This document shows positions 42,292 to 54,599 of a DNA stretch of 64,000 nt, one piece after another. The stretch spans positions 496,001-560,000 of the forward strand of contig JAAOMT010000046.1 in NCBI GenBank assembly GCA_016748015.1, in the 5' to 3' direction. The notes beneath the pieces are model-generated. The model saw only the letters and a program-made list of their open reading frames with translations. It searched no databases and was not told where the DNA came from. This DNA comes from Geosiphon pyriformis uo1. Its lineage: Eukaryota; Fungi; Glomeromycota. Positions within the stretch are counted from its first letter, which is position 1. Each line of letters opens with the position of its first letter. The translations under genes and the position numbers were made by a program.

Positions 42292-43112
42292 TGTTACTCA
42301 TAAAATATAGAAATCATATTAGTATATAAATTAGCCAATCAAAAGTAGACATATTAAAATAAAAAATTCCAGGATTTCTTTTAAAGAAATTACAGGATTT
42401 CAGAATTACAGGATTCTTATATAAAAAATTGCAAGATTCCAGAATTCCAGGATTCTTCTTGAAAAATTACAGGATTTCAAAAATTCCAGGATTCCTGGTG
42501 TAAAGAATTAAGGAATTGAGAAATTGAGGAATCTCAATTATGTATATATAGCAGTAGTATTAGAAACAGAAAAGACATCTGAATTCTACTTCTTAATTAG
42601 CATTCATATATTTACACTATCAATAAATATACTTATTAATTATATTAATTCAATTGTCCACTATTAACACTTTATGTTAATAGTAACTTATATTTGATCA
42701 CACTGGAACAATAGCTCTTAATTATGGCTATTGATGGAATACTAATTTAATTGCTTTGGCTTCATTTTCTGCATTTTCTTTTATTTTTTTTTGTTGTTTT
42801 TTGTTGTTTACTAATTGATTAAGAATTAAGCACTAAATTACTGACATCAGGAATTGCCTGATAAAAGATTCCAAGCAAAAGGGTAGACACTAGAAATTAA
42901 AAATTACTTATCAAAGGATTGTCAGCCATCAAACCAAAAAAAAATTAATAGAATTGTGATTTCAAGAGGCTACTAAAAACAATTATTGAATCTCTGTTTA
43001 TTATACAAAGAACTCAACCAAAACCTTTAGATAATACTCATCATATTAGCTATTAAGCACCAAGTTACGGATTTGTTATTTGATTTGAGACTCCAAAAAA
43101 TTATCTGTAACA
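42292..43112 (+). repeat. 5' LTR of Gypsy family A (821 bp)
   Basis: Homologous end-to-end to solo LTR 8389-9259; TG..CA termini; GGATTCC/GGAATT tandem block; TATATA box near 42543. Confidence 0.9.
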
Positions 43113-45028
43113 TTTAGTGCTTTCTGTAAAATGTAAATCAACAGAAAACCAGTACCAACAACAATCATCTAAAACAGTGACAGAATCCAAAAAAATAGGG
43201 ACAAACCACTTAGGATTTACAAAATCCTTATTCCAACATTATCACACTTATCTCAGATTAACAAATAGTAATTGACCAACAGAATCAGCTTTTAATTGCT
43301 ATATCAATGAAAAAATTACATACTATTTGGGAGGTTAAGAAAATCCAGAATCTACTTTTAATAATTTCTTCAATAAATTATTTCAAAGCACCATTCTTTT
43401 ACAAAACTATTTATTTGCACTCCTAATCATAGAAATAAACAGAAAAATTGAAAAATACACTAAGCAAAAATTTTCTATTACTTTTGCTGACAAAAGAAAA
43501 AGAAGATTACAAACACCAGCAAAAACTCCAAAGCAAATACAAGTATCTACTTAAAAAAAACAAAGAGTTGATTTATCTGCCAATCTATTATACTATTACA
43601 CACTTAAAAGCACCATCAATATAATATCAATAGACATGTTCACCACAAACATAACAACACCACTAAACAGAATTCCATTCCAAAGTAAATAGAAGAAAAC
43701 AGAGTTATTAAAAACATATAATGATTATTTTGAGAGATTTAAATCATAATTTCTAATACCATTAAGAGTTTAATCACTGCCACTACAACCAGATTTTGGA
43801 GCCATTAGTTCTTGGGAAATAACTGACTCCAAGAGAAAAAAAGACAGCGATCAAGAAATTAATAAGCAAAATCCAATTCTAGAAAACCTGAAAATTTAAA
43901 CCCTAATCATTTCAACTCAGCAAAATCAAAACAATTCAAATATTGTTTCTATTGTTCTTCAAAACTTACCTCCAGTAAATGTGATCAATTCACTACTCCA
44001 GCAGCAACTGCAACAACAATTTCAATTACAATTGCAACAACAACTATTATTAGCACTGATAGCATACACATTTATCACCAAAATTAAGAAATTTACCAGT
44101 AAAAAAAACAATGCCCAAGTATGAGTTAATAACATGGAAAAAGCCATCACAGTTAATGGATAATATGACATTAAAACATTATAGGCAATTCCATATTTTC
44201 TACAGAATACTGCTAACTCATAGTATCAAAGTTTGGCAAATAAACTCCAAGATTTCAATGCATTTAAAATTGAGTTCCTAAGATATTTTAGTAACAATAA
44301 TAACATTAACTGTTTGGTCAATACATTCATCACTATAAAACAAAAAAATGCCAAAGCAGTCACCACTTACTTAGAATGTTTCTATCAAAATCTGCACCAG
44401 ATCCAAACAATTAATGCTAACTATTTTATAGAGCCACAAATTTTAAACCAGTTTATTTGTGGCTTATGCAGTAGCATCCTCCAACATATACACCCATTAC
44501 ATCCAGTCAACCTTCAAGCAGCAGTTACTCACGCCAGAGATTTTGAATCAGCAGAACTTAAAGCCAATCACATCTAAGCCATAAATCTAGTAATGAATAG
44601 ATTATCTAACTTGGATTCCAAATTGAAACAATTCAGTAATTCAATCAATCAGAAATTAAAAAGGTATTTAGTTAACAATTAGGCAATTTATCAACCATTA
44701 CAATGATACAATAATTCAGAAAACTCAAATTGTTTCCAAAATCAGACACATTCATTATTAATAACCAATTAACTATGGCAACCAGAGATGCACATTTGCT
44801 ACGATTGTAATAAACAAAATTATGTTAGAGCCAGCTGCTAAGTTTATAGCAATAATTTATAATCAGAAAATCAATATTGAAACCACAATTGCAGATTTTA
44901 AACTCTGAGCTATTACCCAAATCAAGATCAATACCAACCTAATTACACCCAAATGATACAGCAACCAATATACATATCTCCAATTTATCAACCAGTAACA
45001 CTCATAATATATCAACCATCATAGCCAT

Positions 45029-46043
45029 TGTTACCAGTAGAATTTTAGCTATTAATTAGCATAAAATTACCCTTATAATTCCTATAATTAATCAGTATAT
45101 TAATATCATTTCAAATTATCATTTATTATTTAATCAATTATCACATATCACGATTCAATTAAAATAATCTAATTAGTATAACAGAAAGTAGGATGATCAA
45201 ATTACACAATATCCTGAACTTTGTAACATTCAAAAATTTGCCAAAATTTACAGAAATTCGCCGAAATTTATAAGAAATTCGCCGAAATTTACAGAAATTC
45301 GCCGAAATTATGAATAGTTCACCCAAATTAATCAATAGTTCAGCGAAATAACTTGTAGTTTATCAAAATGTATCTTTAGTTCACCGAAATTTGAGCAAAA
45401 AGAAAAAGTGCAAGTTCATAGACTAGTACTACAACAAGTTGTATAAAAGAAAAGCTTTTCTCTTCTGGAAAATGTATCTTACTTTAGATTTATTACTTAG
45501 AACCATTCCTACACACACAAAAAGAAATAAATATTAAATAATTCAAAAAAACCAAATTCTTTAATTATTGCACTTGAAAAATCTTCAAAACCCAACTAAC
45601 ATTTCGAAATTGATTAGCTACCAATTTCAGTAAATTGTTAGTGACTTCAGGCCTGAATAGAAAACATTTCTCTTGACAAAATTCTATTTCTTTTACATTT
45701 CTTTTATTTTTTTCTTTTATTTTCTTATTACAATTATTAAGGTAGTCTACAGATGAGATTCCTATAGAAGAGTTGACTTTCACAGCAAAGTAACCACACA
45801 TTTTTAGTGAGCTTCCAAACGAGCAATTCCTGGAAAAGAGTTGATGTTTACTACAACATAACTACATAAAGTAACTGGTAAGGAATTGGCCATTCCACTT
45901 ATAAGCCCAGCAGTTCAAATTATAGGAGATAATCTGAAGATAAATTCAGTTATTGGAGGTTTAACTACTTCCTAAAAATGTAAATTCACAGCAAATCAAC
46001 ATTACCAACATTTAAGAAAAAAGACCAAAAACCTCTGGTAATA
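45029..46043 (+). mobile_element. Solo LTR of Gypsy family B (1015 bp, expanded U3 tandem repeat)
   Basis: TGTTACCAGTAG...CTGGTAATA (terminal CA mutated to TA); TSD CCAT (45025-45028 / 46044-46047); TATAAAA near 45442, AATAAA near 45527. Confidence 0.93.
45234..45352 (+). repeat. Tandem ~20-bp repeat (AAATTCGCCGAAATTTACAG) in U3 of the family-B LTR
   Basis: Three near-perfect units plus degenerate flanking units; fewer units in the other three B LTRs. Confidence 0.85.
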
Positions 46044-46305
46044 CCATCAATAATGTATCAACCACAAACCATTCAAATACTATACTAATGACTGTGTTCA
46101 ATAGAAATCAAAGGCTGAGAACCATTCAGCAAAACTGAAAATTGGCAATAATTGTTTATTAACTGATCCCCAGCATATTGCAACAACCCTTAGAGTCACA
46201 TCCAAGAAATTTAGGAACTGAGTATGCCTAAAACCCAAATTCTTAGAACTATTTATAACTCCTGAAAACACACAAATCAACAATCAAAAAACCAACTAGA
46301 AACCA

Positions 46306-48665
46306 CAAACCAGACTTAAACTTCAAGCTCTTACAAACCAAAGCATTTTACTTGGCACATATACTGACAGAAATGAAACTAAACTATGTTTTATAGTTGA
46401 CAATAAAATAAAAAACAGCTAACACCAAATACAAAAACTGCTTATCTGAGATGGTTTTTCTTAGAACCAAGTTGGTAAAAAAATGAATGTCTAAATGTGC
46501 TTTAACCAAGCTAGGCTTCAAAAGACCTTCAATTAAAAAAAAGATGTCCAGATATTGATGGGCCTTTTTTCTTTTAACAACAGAGATAGGCAAACCACTA
46601 ATAGACAAAGAAAATTTGTTTACTCTGCAATTAATAGGAATGGCTATTGTTTTGTCATTATTAATAAAAATGTTGTTAATCTGAAAAAATTCACTAGCAA
46701 CATTGAGAATATATTAAGTAGCACTCTGACTGCTACCAACCCAGATTGTATTATCAACAAAGACACCAGCAATGAAAAAAGAAGAAAATCCAGTCTGAGA
46801 CTCAGCATAACCATTTCTGGAAATAAAATAAGAATTCAATCTATACCCATACACATTTTTTTGTCTCTTGACTTCACACAAAAGAGAATCATAAAATATA
46901 CACCAAAGAAGAGGAAAAAAGACTTCTCCTTGGTTCAAACCATTATGTACACAGTAATTATTCATTAATTCAAAATTAGTCATAATCCAGTTAGTATAAT
47001 TTTCATGAATATTACCAAAAAATTGAATAAATTTGCTACACATTTTAATCCTGACCAAACTTTTGCTAAGATGTTCTTAGCCAACCAAATTGTACATCTT
47101 ATGTATATTCTACAAAATTAGCCAGAGCTCTTAGTTCTTCTTCAAAGCATTTTTAATTACTGAATCAATTGCAAAAATGGAAGACTAAATTGACATATTC
47201 TTTAAAACTGAAAAATTGTTTCCACAAAAAACGTCAAAAGTGCTATATGCCAATGAAATTCTGTTAGAGAGAATTTTGGAGAGAATTTTGCAAGCTGTTT
47301 TGATCAAAACAATAGAATAAGTATTTGTTAGAACACCCTCCCATTTATACAGTTTAAGAATCATTGAAACCCAAGCCTTCTTTTAAGAACTGAATATTGA
47401 TTCACTAGATAGACAAAAATTTAAAAGCACTAAAAGCATATTTAGAACCAATCTGTTATAATGTTTCCAAAGCTTATTTAATACATCTGAAAAACCAACA
47501 GCTTTGCCATTAAGCAAATCTGAAATTACACTAAACAGTTCATTAAACCCAACCAAACACATCACACTAGAAAAAGCCTCATCAAAAATGTATTTTAAAG
47601 GTTTGTATTAACAAGACCACTTATCAGAAATATTAGCAACCACTTTTTGTTTTCTAGTTTATCCTTCCATGATTACATTCACCTTAGACTTAACCATATT
47701 AAGCTCCAAAATCAGCTCATCATCAACAACCAAATGGTTTAGAACCACTTTATAGAAAAGATGTTTCAACACACTTCTAATAATATGACCCTTATTCATC
47801 TCAAAACTCTTTATTCTCCTATCTATAGCAGACTTGATGTTTGCCTCATTAGCTCTCAAAAATTCAGCAAGCTTGAAAGCACAATAAAATTTTTTTATAC
47901 CAAAGAGAACAGAATGAATATGATTAAAGCCCACACCAAAGTTCACAAGATCCTGAATAACTCAAGCCTTAATATTATCCAAAAAAATCTAGCATTTCAT
48001 AAGAAAAGCAAACTTGTCAGTACTTTTCTTATGAGAAGCTTTAATTATCTTCAAAACCAAAAGTTTTAGCTTATGAAACTTAGACAATTCTTTGGTAAAA
48101 ACACCATCAAAGCTCTTGAACCATCTCTTCTTGAATACCTTATTAGCTGAAAGAGTTATTATTTTGTAAATAACATCCCACAAAGCATCCAGATTCAAGA
48201 ATCTCTTAGAAGTAACAAACTCATTAAAGAACATTGCAGCATTGACTGCTATAATGTTTCTAAATTCATCCTATTTTGCTTTATCAGCACCCTTAAAATC
48301 AAACTTCTAATGATCTCTATTAGCTTGCTTGCAAAGAGAGTTCAATTGTACATTCAACAAATTATCCAAATTCACAGACACAGAAACAGCATAATAATTG
48401 GTATTAAAGTGGTTACTGACATTCAAAACATCACAATACACCACTGTATTGATCAGATTTAAAGAAATAAACATGTAATCAATTGTTTTCTTAACATCTT
48501 TTGAATTTTTCTATGTAAAATCTCTTACAATTAAACTCCTTGACAAAAAATTAACCAAACCCAAATCAAGATATTTTTTAAAACTGGCACATCTACAGGA
48601 GCCATTTTTATTGAAATTGCCATTCAAGATTATGAAAGAAGATTCATTCACAGCCTTCATTATTA
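46306..48665 (-). mobile_element. LINE copy D, downstream part (APE C-terminal part to RT thumb), 3'-truncated
   Basis: MKAVNESSFIILNGNFNKN, QGEVFFPLLW, VFVDNTIWV, KQFLYLVLAV; homology ends at ...KFKSGL near 46306. Confidence 0.9.
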
Positions 48666-51301
48666 CAGTCAGAGATTTTAAATTTTGTAGATTAATTCTG
48701 GAATAATCCACAAAAAATTTTTGTAATCTAATTGGTGTTCAGTATTATTAGCATAGAGAATTTAATAATATTTTATTAATCAAATACTTCAAATAAAAAT
48801 CGAAACTAACAGTAGAAACATACTTTTATAAACACAAAGTTTTAGAATCCATAAAGATTCACACAACTTTACATAGTAGTTTTTTATTAAATTAGATTTA
48901 AAATTATGTCTTGCTTTATAATAAATGCTAAAAACTTACTCTGTTTATTTGAATCTTTTACCAGTAAATATAACAAAAGTCAATTAGTAAAATGTAAGAC
49001 CAAAAAAAGTCAAAGATGGCAACATGCATCAGCTAGTATTGCAGCAAAAAGAATAATGAAAATAACTAAGTATTTTCCTAGATTAACTATATTATTTGAC
49101 TTTCTAAACAATTACTCTTTATGTAAAAGACATTATAATTAGATTGTTATTAAAAGTCTTTTATTAAACAAATTACTAAATCAAATGATTCAACTTTTTT
49201 AGATTTAGAAAAAACAAAAAAAAAGACCAAAACTTTCTAATAATAACAAGTTGTTAGAATTAGAAAAAACTTTTTCTGATTTTGGAGTCCAAGTATTCTT
49301 GCCAGATCTAATATATGAAGTTTATATAAAACAGATACAAGAGCTAAAAGATATTAATCAACAATTATTATCTGAGAATGTGACATTAAAAAAACAATTA
49401 GATGAAGTATTTAATAATCAACAAGGTCATATTAAATCTGTAACAGAAATTGCCAAAAGAGAACGAAGTAATTTATATAATAATATAATAAGTTTGAAAA
49501 AAAATCATGAACGTTTTAGTCTAGATAGTTTTTTAGAGTATTGTCTTTTAACATGGCTTGTAAAACAAAATCCAGTTATTGTAAGATTTATTGAAACTCT
49601 TACTTATAATGAAAATAAATATCAAAATAAAAAGGAAAAACTTTTTAAGTGTGCTGTAGTAATTAATGCTATATACAGATCAAGGCACTTAAAATATGTT
49701 TCCACTATTAATTTAGCCACTTCAACAATCAAATATTCAATAACAAGATTGAAAATAGTCATTGATATTGATAATCATATTATAAGTTTCAGTTGTTATA
49801 AAAAGTTTACTAACTGATTAGAAAGTTGGCTATAAAACAGTTAAAGCTTCTTAAAGAATTTTTATTTTTAGCCTTTAACAATAAACAAAAAGATCAAAAA
49901 AATTACTTAGATCATGGATATAATACAGTCATATTCAATATTGTTACGAGTTTTTTTGCTTTTAATTATGATCAAATTAATGATATTTAAAATATAGATT
50001 CTTGGTTGTATTCTGAACTTCTTAAAAAAGAATATGAGAAATTATTTTTTTTAATTTCAGATATGATAAATGAAATTTATAAAGAACTTACTAATTATCT
50101 TACTATTATTTTAGAAGAGCTTTGTGCAGAGAAAAGTCAAGAAACAAATATGATTAATGAATTAGTACAACATTAAAGCCAAATTAGTTCTTTAAAAAAA
50201 TGCTTAGTTTGTTAATTGTCTAATATTAATAATAAGAAGTGAGTTTGTCCTACATGCCATAACAAATTACCAACAATCACTAAGATAAATCAATTGAATA
50301 AATCAGTTAACATTGCCAAAAAACTCATTCCTTATTCTTACACATTTGAAAATACATAATTGTATCTGAAAATTGAGGTTTATATGCCGCAATTATATGT
50401 TTCTGATCCAATAGCCATAAACCCAAACTCAATTGCCAATATTTGAAAGGTTTTTGAGCATATTGAAGAACTATCCAGCATTAAAGATAGTAGCTGTAAA
50501 TGGGTTGTAGTAACATGTGATAGAGTATCTTATTATTATGCATAAATGATTAAAAAAAACTTTTCTTGGCTTATATTGGTTTTGGGTACTCTTTATAAAG
50601 AGATGAATATGCTAAAAGCATTTGTTGAGCTGAATTGAAATATTAATATAAAATACTTTGCACAATGTTAAGGATATTAGAGTGAAAGTCAACTGCAGTT
50701 TTTTTAAAAATGTCCTGATTATTATAAGTCATAAGATTTAATATGTAATATATATAGACATACAATGGCTTCTGAATTAATGTGGTTATATGTTGTTTTT
50801 AAGAAAAATTCATTTGTTGAAGGTTACTTAGAATAAGCCCAAAATGAAACAGATTTCATATTCAGGTTAAAGTATGAACAAGTCTTTTTTTATTTACAAA
50901 CAATTACTAACTTTTGTACTGAAGTTCATTTTAATAGGTTTTCATTAAAACTTGCAGCTAGACAAATGTTTGTACCAATTTGGTCTGCTTGGTGCTATCT
51001 TATTTACCAATTAATTAAAATTGCTGATAAAGAACAATAACTATGATTGAAGCCTAAAGTTTGCAAGCTGATTCAAGAAAGAATTGTAATTTCTTGATCT
51101 AAACTTTCAAATTAACATTAAGACTATGATACAATATTTGAAGAAATTAACAAAATACTCAAATCATTGATTTTTTCTACACCTTCACAATGACATTGAG
51201 AAATTGCAGTGCATAATTATATTAAATTTGAGAGATTGTGTACTAACTTCTTTAATGTTATTGGATATTTTAAAAGTAAAATATACAGGTCTTGTATACA
51301 T

Positions 51302-52271
51302 TGTTATCAGAAGTTTTTGGTCTCTTTTTTTGAATGTTGTTAATATTTGTCTGTTGCTACTTTCATGTTTTTTGAAAGCAATTGAACCTCTAATAACTGA
51401 ATTTATTTTTAAATTATCTCCTATAATTTAAACTGCTAAGCTTATAAATAAAATGGCCAATTCTGTGCCAGTTACTTTGTGTAGTTATGTTGTAGTAAAT
51501 GTTAACTCTTTCTCAGAAATTGCTTGTCTGGAAGCTTACTAAAAATATGTAGTTATTTTGCTGTGAAAGTCAACTCTTCTACAGGAATCTTATCTGTAGG
51601 CTACTCTAATAATTATGATAAAAAAAAAACAGAAAAATAAAAAAAATGTAAAAAAAATAGAATTTTGTTAAGAGAAACGTTTTCTATCTAGGCCTAAAGT
51701 TACTAACAGATTACTGAAATTGGTAATTAATCAATTTCAAAATGTTAGTTGTGTTGAAGGAATTTCAAGTACAATAATCAAAAGATTTGGTTTTTAAATA
51801 TTTAATTTTTATTTGAATGTGTAAAAAATAATTTGTTCTAATTAAGATATTTAAAGTAACATATTATGTTAAGATACTATGAGAAGATACATTTTCTTGA
51901 AAAAAAAGCTTTTCTTTTATACAACTTGTTATAGTACTAATCTTTGAACTTGCACTTTTCTTTTTGCTGCAATTTGGGTGAACTAAAGATACATTTCGGC
52001 AAATTACAAGTTATTTCACTGAACTATTGATTATTTCGGCCAATTTTCATTAATTTTGGCGAATTTTGACTATGTTAAATGGTTCAGAGTATTGTGTAAT
52101 TTGATCATCTTACTTTCTATAATACAAATTGGATTATTAATTGAGTAATAATATTTGATAATTTGATTAAATAATAAGTGATATTCGAAATAATAATAAT
52201 ATATGCTAATTAATAATAAGAATTATGGGAGTAATTTATGCTAATTAATAGCTAAAATTCTACTGGTAACA
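51302..52271 (-). repeat. 3' LTR of the complete Gypsy B
   Basis: Direct repeat of 60183-61152; preceded by a purine tract. Confidence 0.96.
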
Positions 52272-52274
52272 TAA

Positions 52275-52284
52275 TTTTTTCCTT
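52275..52284 (-). promoter_or_regulatory. Polypurine tract (AAGGAAAAAA)
   Basis: Purine run 3 nt upstream of the 3' LTR; probably eroded by G->A changes. Confidence 0.65.
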
Positions 52285-52289
52285 AAGAC

Positions 52290-52830
52290 TGAGTTCCATC
52301 AAAGTTCAAGCACTATCTGTGATATTAAAATAGTGGTCCAAAATAATTAAAGTGATTTGGTCTAAAAATTGTTAAAATTTCAGTTCTATAAGCTTTCCAA
52401 TGTATTGAATCTTTATTAGATAAAGTATTGGATTTTGTAAAATATTTTTACAAGTGTTGAATAACTCATAGAGTCTAAATGCTGCTCTAAGTTTGTAGTG
52501 AGTGTTTGTTAGTCTGGCTGCTGTCTTGAATTCATTGTGAATTTGTTTTTGTATAGCTTTTAGAGTAATGTTTATTGTTTCAAGTTCTAGTTTTTGTTTA
52601 TAAAGTGTTTTTCCAATATGAAAATATCTATATATAAGGGTATGTTTATTGTTCTGTTTGTTGAAGAATAGTAGAAGTTTTTGTTAAATTGTGGCATTTG
52701 GTGAAATGTCAATAGGGGCAGATAAAAAGTTTTCTTTTAGTGCTTGCTTCAAAAGTTTTGGTAATTGATTTCCAGAGTAACTTCTTGTTATTTTCTATAA
52801 GAGTGATAATTCTGGGAATTATTTTCTACT
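52290..52830 (-). pseudogene. Extra ORF (ORF3) between integrase and the 3' LTR of Gypsy B, unknown function
   Basis: Hand translation gives 103 stop-free codons at 52683-52375 (QKLLLFF..YRYFHIGKTLY..KLRAAFRLYELF..IQYIGKL). It extends both ways through CAA/CAG/CGA-revertible stops and is absent from the ORF track because it lacks a start codon. Confidence 0.6.
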
Positions 52831-53199
52831 AGTGCTGTGGTTTTTTTTTGAGTATAATTAATTTGATTTCCATTAATTATTATGAATAGATCAAGAAGTG
52901 TTTTCAAAGCTAACATTAATTTTTGGAATATTTGTTGAATATTTCGAAGAATAATCATGATAATTGACTAATTAATAAACAAAATTTTTAAAAAAAATAA
53001 AGAAAATTATTTTTGGATATGGGGTTTTTATTTGTTTTTAGGTTTGAATGTTTCTTGTAATTATTTACTATTTTTGTTTTATATTTTGTGTATTTTAAAG
53101 GAGTTATTATAAAAATGTTAAATTAAATGTTTAAGTTTAATTGTTGTTCTATTATAATTATTGGTTCTAAATTTCAGAGAATATCTTCAGGATTAATTA

Positions 53200-54506
53200 G
53201 AGGAGAATGTGTACCAATTTGTGGAATTAATGGTTCAGGATTGTTTCTGGAATGATAGTATTTTAATCAATCTCCATGTACAACTTTTGCTAGTACTTTG
53301 TCATCAAGTCTTAACTTGTATGATCTATTGCCTAGAATTTCATAAATATAAAATGGTCCATCCCATTTATGTTCAAATTTTCCACTCCATTGTTTTTTAA
53401 TCTTAGTTCTGTGTAAGAGAACTTTATTTCCCACTTTAAATTTGTTAGTAACTGGTGACAATTTGTTGTTATGTCTTTCTTTTTGTTGGGCTTAAGAGTG
53501 TTTAATATGAATGGCTGCTATGTGTTTTTTTTTTCAATATACTAAAAAGAGTGTAGGCTCTTTTTTGGAGTGTTTTTTGAAAGTTTTCTTCATTGGTTGG
53601 TTGTACTGAATATGTTTTTACTGTAAAATTAATTGGCAATGTTGCTGTCTTTTCATAAGTAAGATCAAATAGTATGTGTTTCATAGTATCTTGTTTTAGT
53701 GTTCTGTATGCTAATAACACTGATGGAATAAAAATATCCCATTCCTGCTCAAAATCTGTTGAGACTTTGGCTAAAGATTCACACAATGTTCTGTTGAAAC
53801 GTTTTACAAGTCTATTTGTTTGAGGATAATAAAGTGATGATAGAGGTCTTTTGATATTGAATCATTCACAAATTTCTTGTATCAAGTTGTTCACAAAATG
53901 TGTTCTTTGATCAGATAAGAGTTCAATTGGGCATCTATGTCTACAAATAATGTCTTCATAAATGAAATTTGCTACTGATTTTGCATCTGTTCTTTGAATG
54001 GCTCTAGTTTCAGGCCATTTGGTAAGATAATCTACTGCAACTGCAATATAACAATTTTTTTGGGTTGTGATAGGTAATGGTCTGACTAAATCAATTCCAA
54101 CTTTGTCAAAAGGTTGTTCAACTTTGATTGGATTTAAAGATTCTGTGGGGTGAGTTCCTTCTCTTTTTTGACAACTATTACAAGATTTTATATATTGTTG
54201 AATGTCTTTTTACATATAGGACCAAAAATAATGTTTAAGAGTTCTTTGAATTGTTCTATCTCTTCCCAAGTATGCTGAAGATAGATTTGTGTGTATGTTG
54301 TATAGGATTGTTTCTTTTTCATTTTACTGTACTAACTTGAGTAGTTGGTTTGGGTTTTTGTGATTTTTGTAATAAATTTTGTTGTAATGTATAAAATATT
54401 GTTTGAATTGGTGTTGTAATCGATGTTTTTCACTTGGAGACCAATTTTCTGGCATGATAAGAGTCTCCAAATAGTTTTTAAAGTTGTTGTAATTTCTGAG
54501 ATTCAT
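53200..54506 (-). pseudogene. Gypsy B integrase (HHCC, DDE core, GPF/Y tail; no chromodomain seen)
   Basis: HTN..SCNSCQK, VGIDLV.PL, VDYLTKWPE, LLSDQ.THFVN, LV(E>K)RFNRTL, VLLAYRT, KFEHKWDGPFYI. Confidence 0.92.
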
Positions 54507-54599
54507 TGTTGTTTTGTTGTTTTGTTGGTAGTAATAAGTTGTAGTGAATTTGTTGATAGTGTTAATCTTGTCTTATTTTTGAAAGGCTATCAACATTAG

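Larger units (their letters stand above)
42292..46313 (+). mobile_element. Gypsy family A element, 3'-truncated (5' LTR 42292-43112, PBS, gag), interrupted by a family-B solo LTR
   Basis: LTR TGTTACTCA...TCTGTAACA followed by PBS-like TAGTGCTTTCT (43115-43125). Retrotransposon gag (AIPYFLQNTA, FKIEFLRYFSNN, QILNQFICGL, HARDFESAE) and a decayed CCHC knuckle near 44797-44838. No pol and no 3' LTR. Confidence 0.88.

Noticed and set aside
45234-45352. CRISPR-like appearance of the ~20-bp repeats
   Set aside because: Units are head-to-tail with no unique spacers, lie inside an LTR of a eukaryotic genome, and there are no cas genes.
52290-52830. env gene in Gypsy B
   Set aside because: No signal peptide, furin site or transmembrane segment, and too short.
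53100-53270. Chromodomain at the integrase C-terminus
   Set aside because: The tail after GPFY..VVHGD is short and Pro/Ile-rich, without the aromatic cage or YLVKW pattern.
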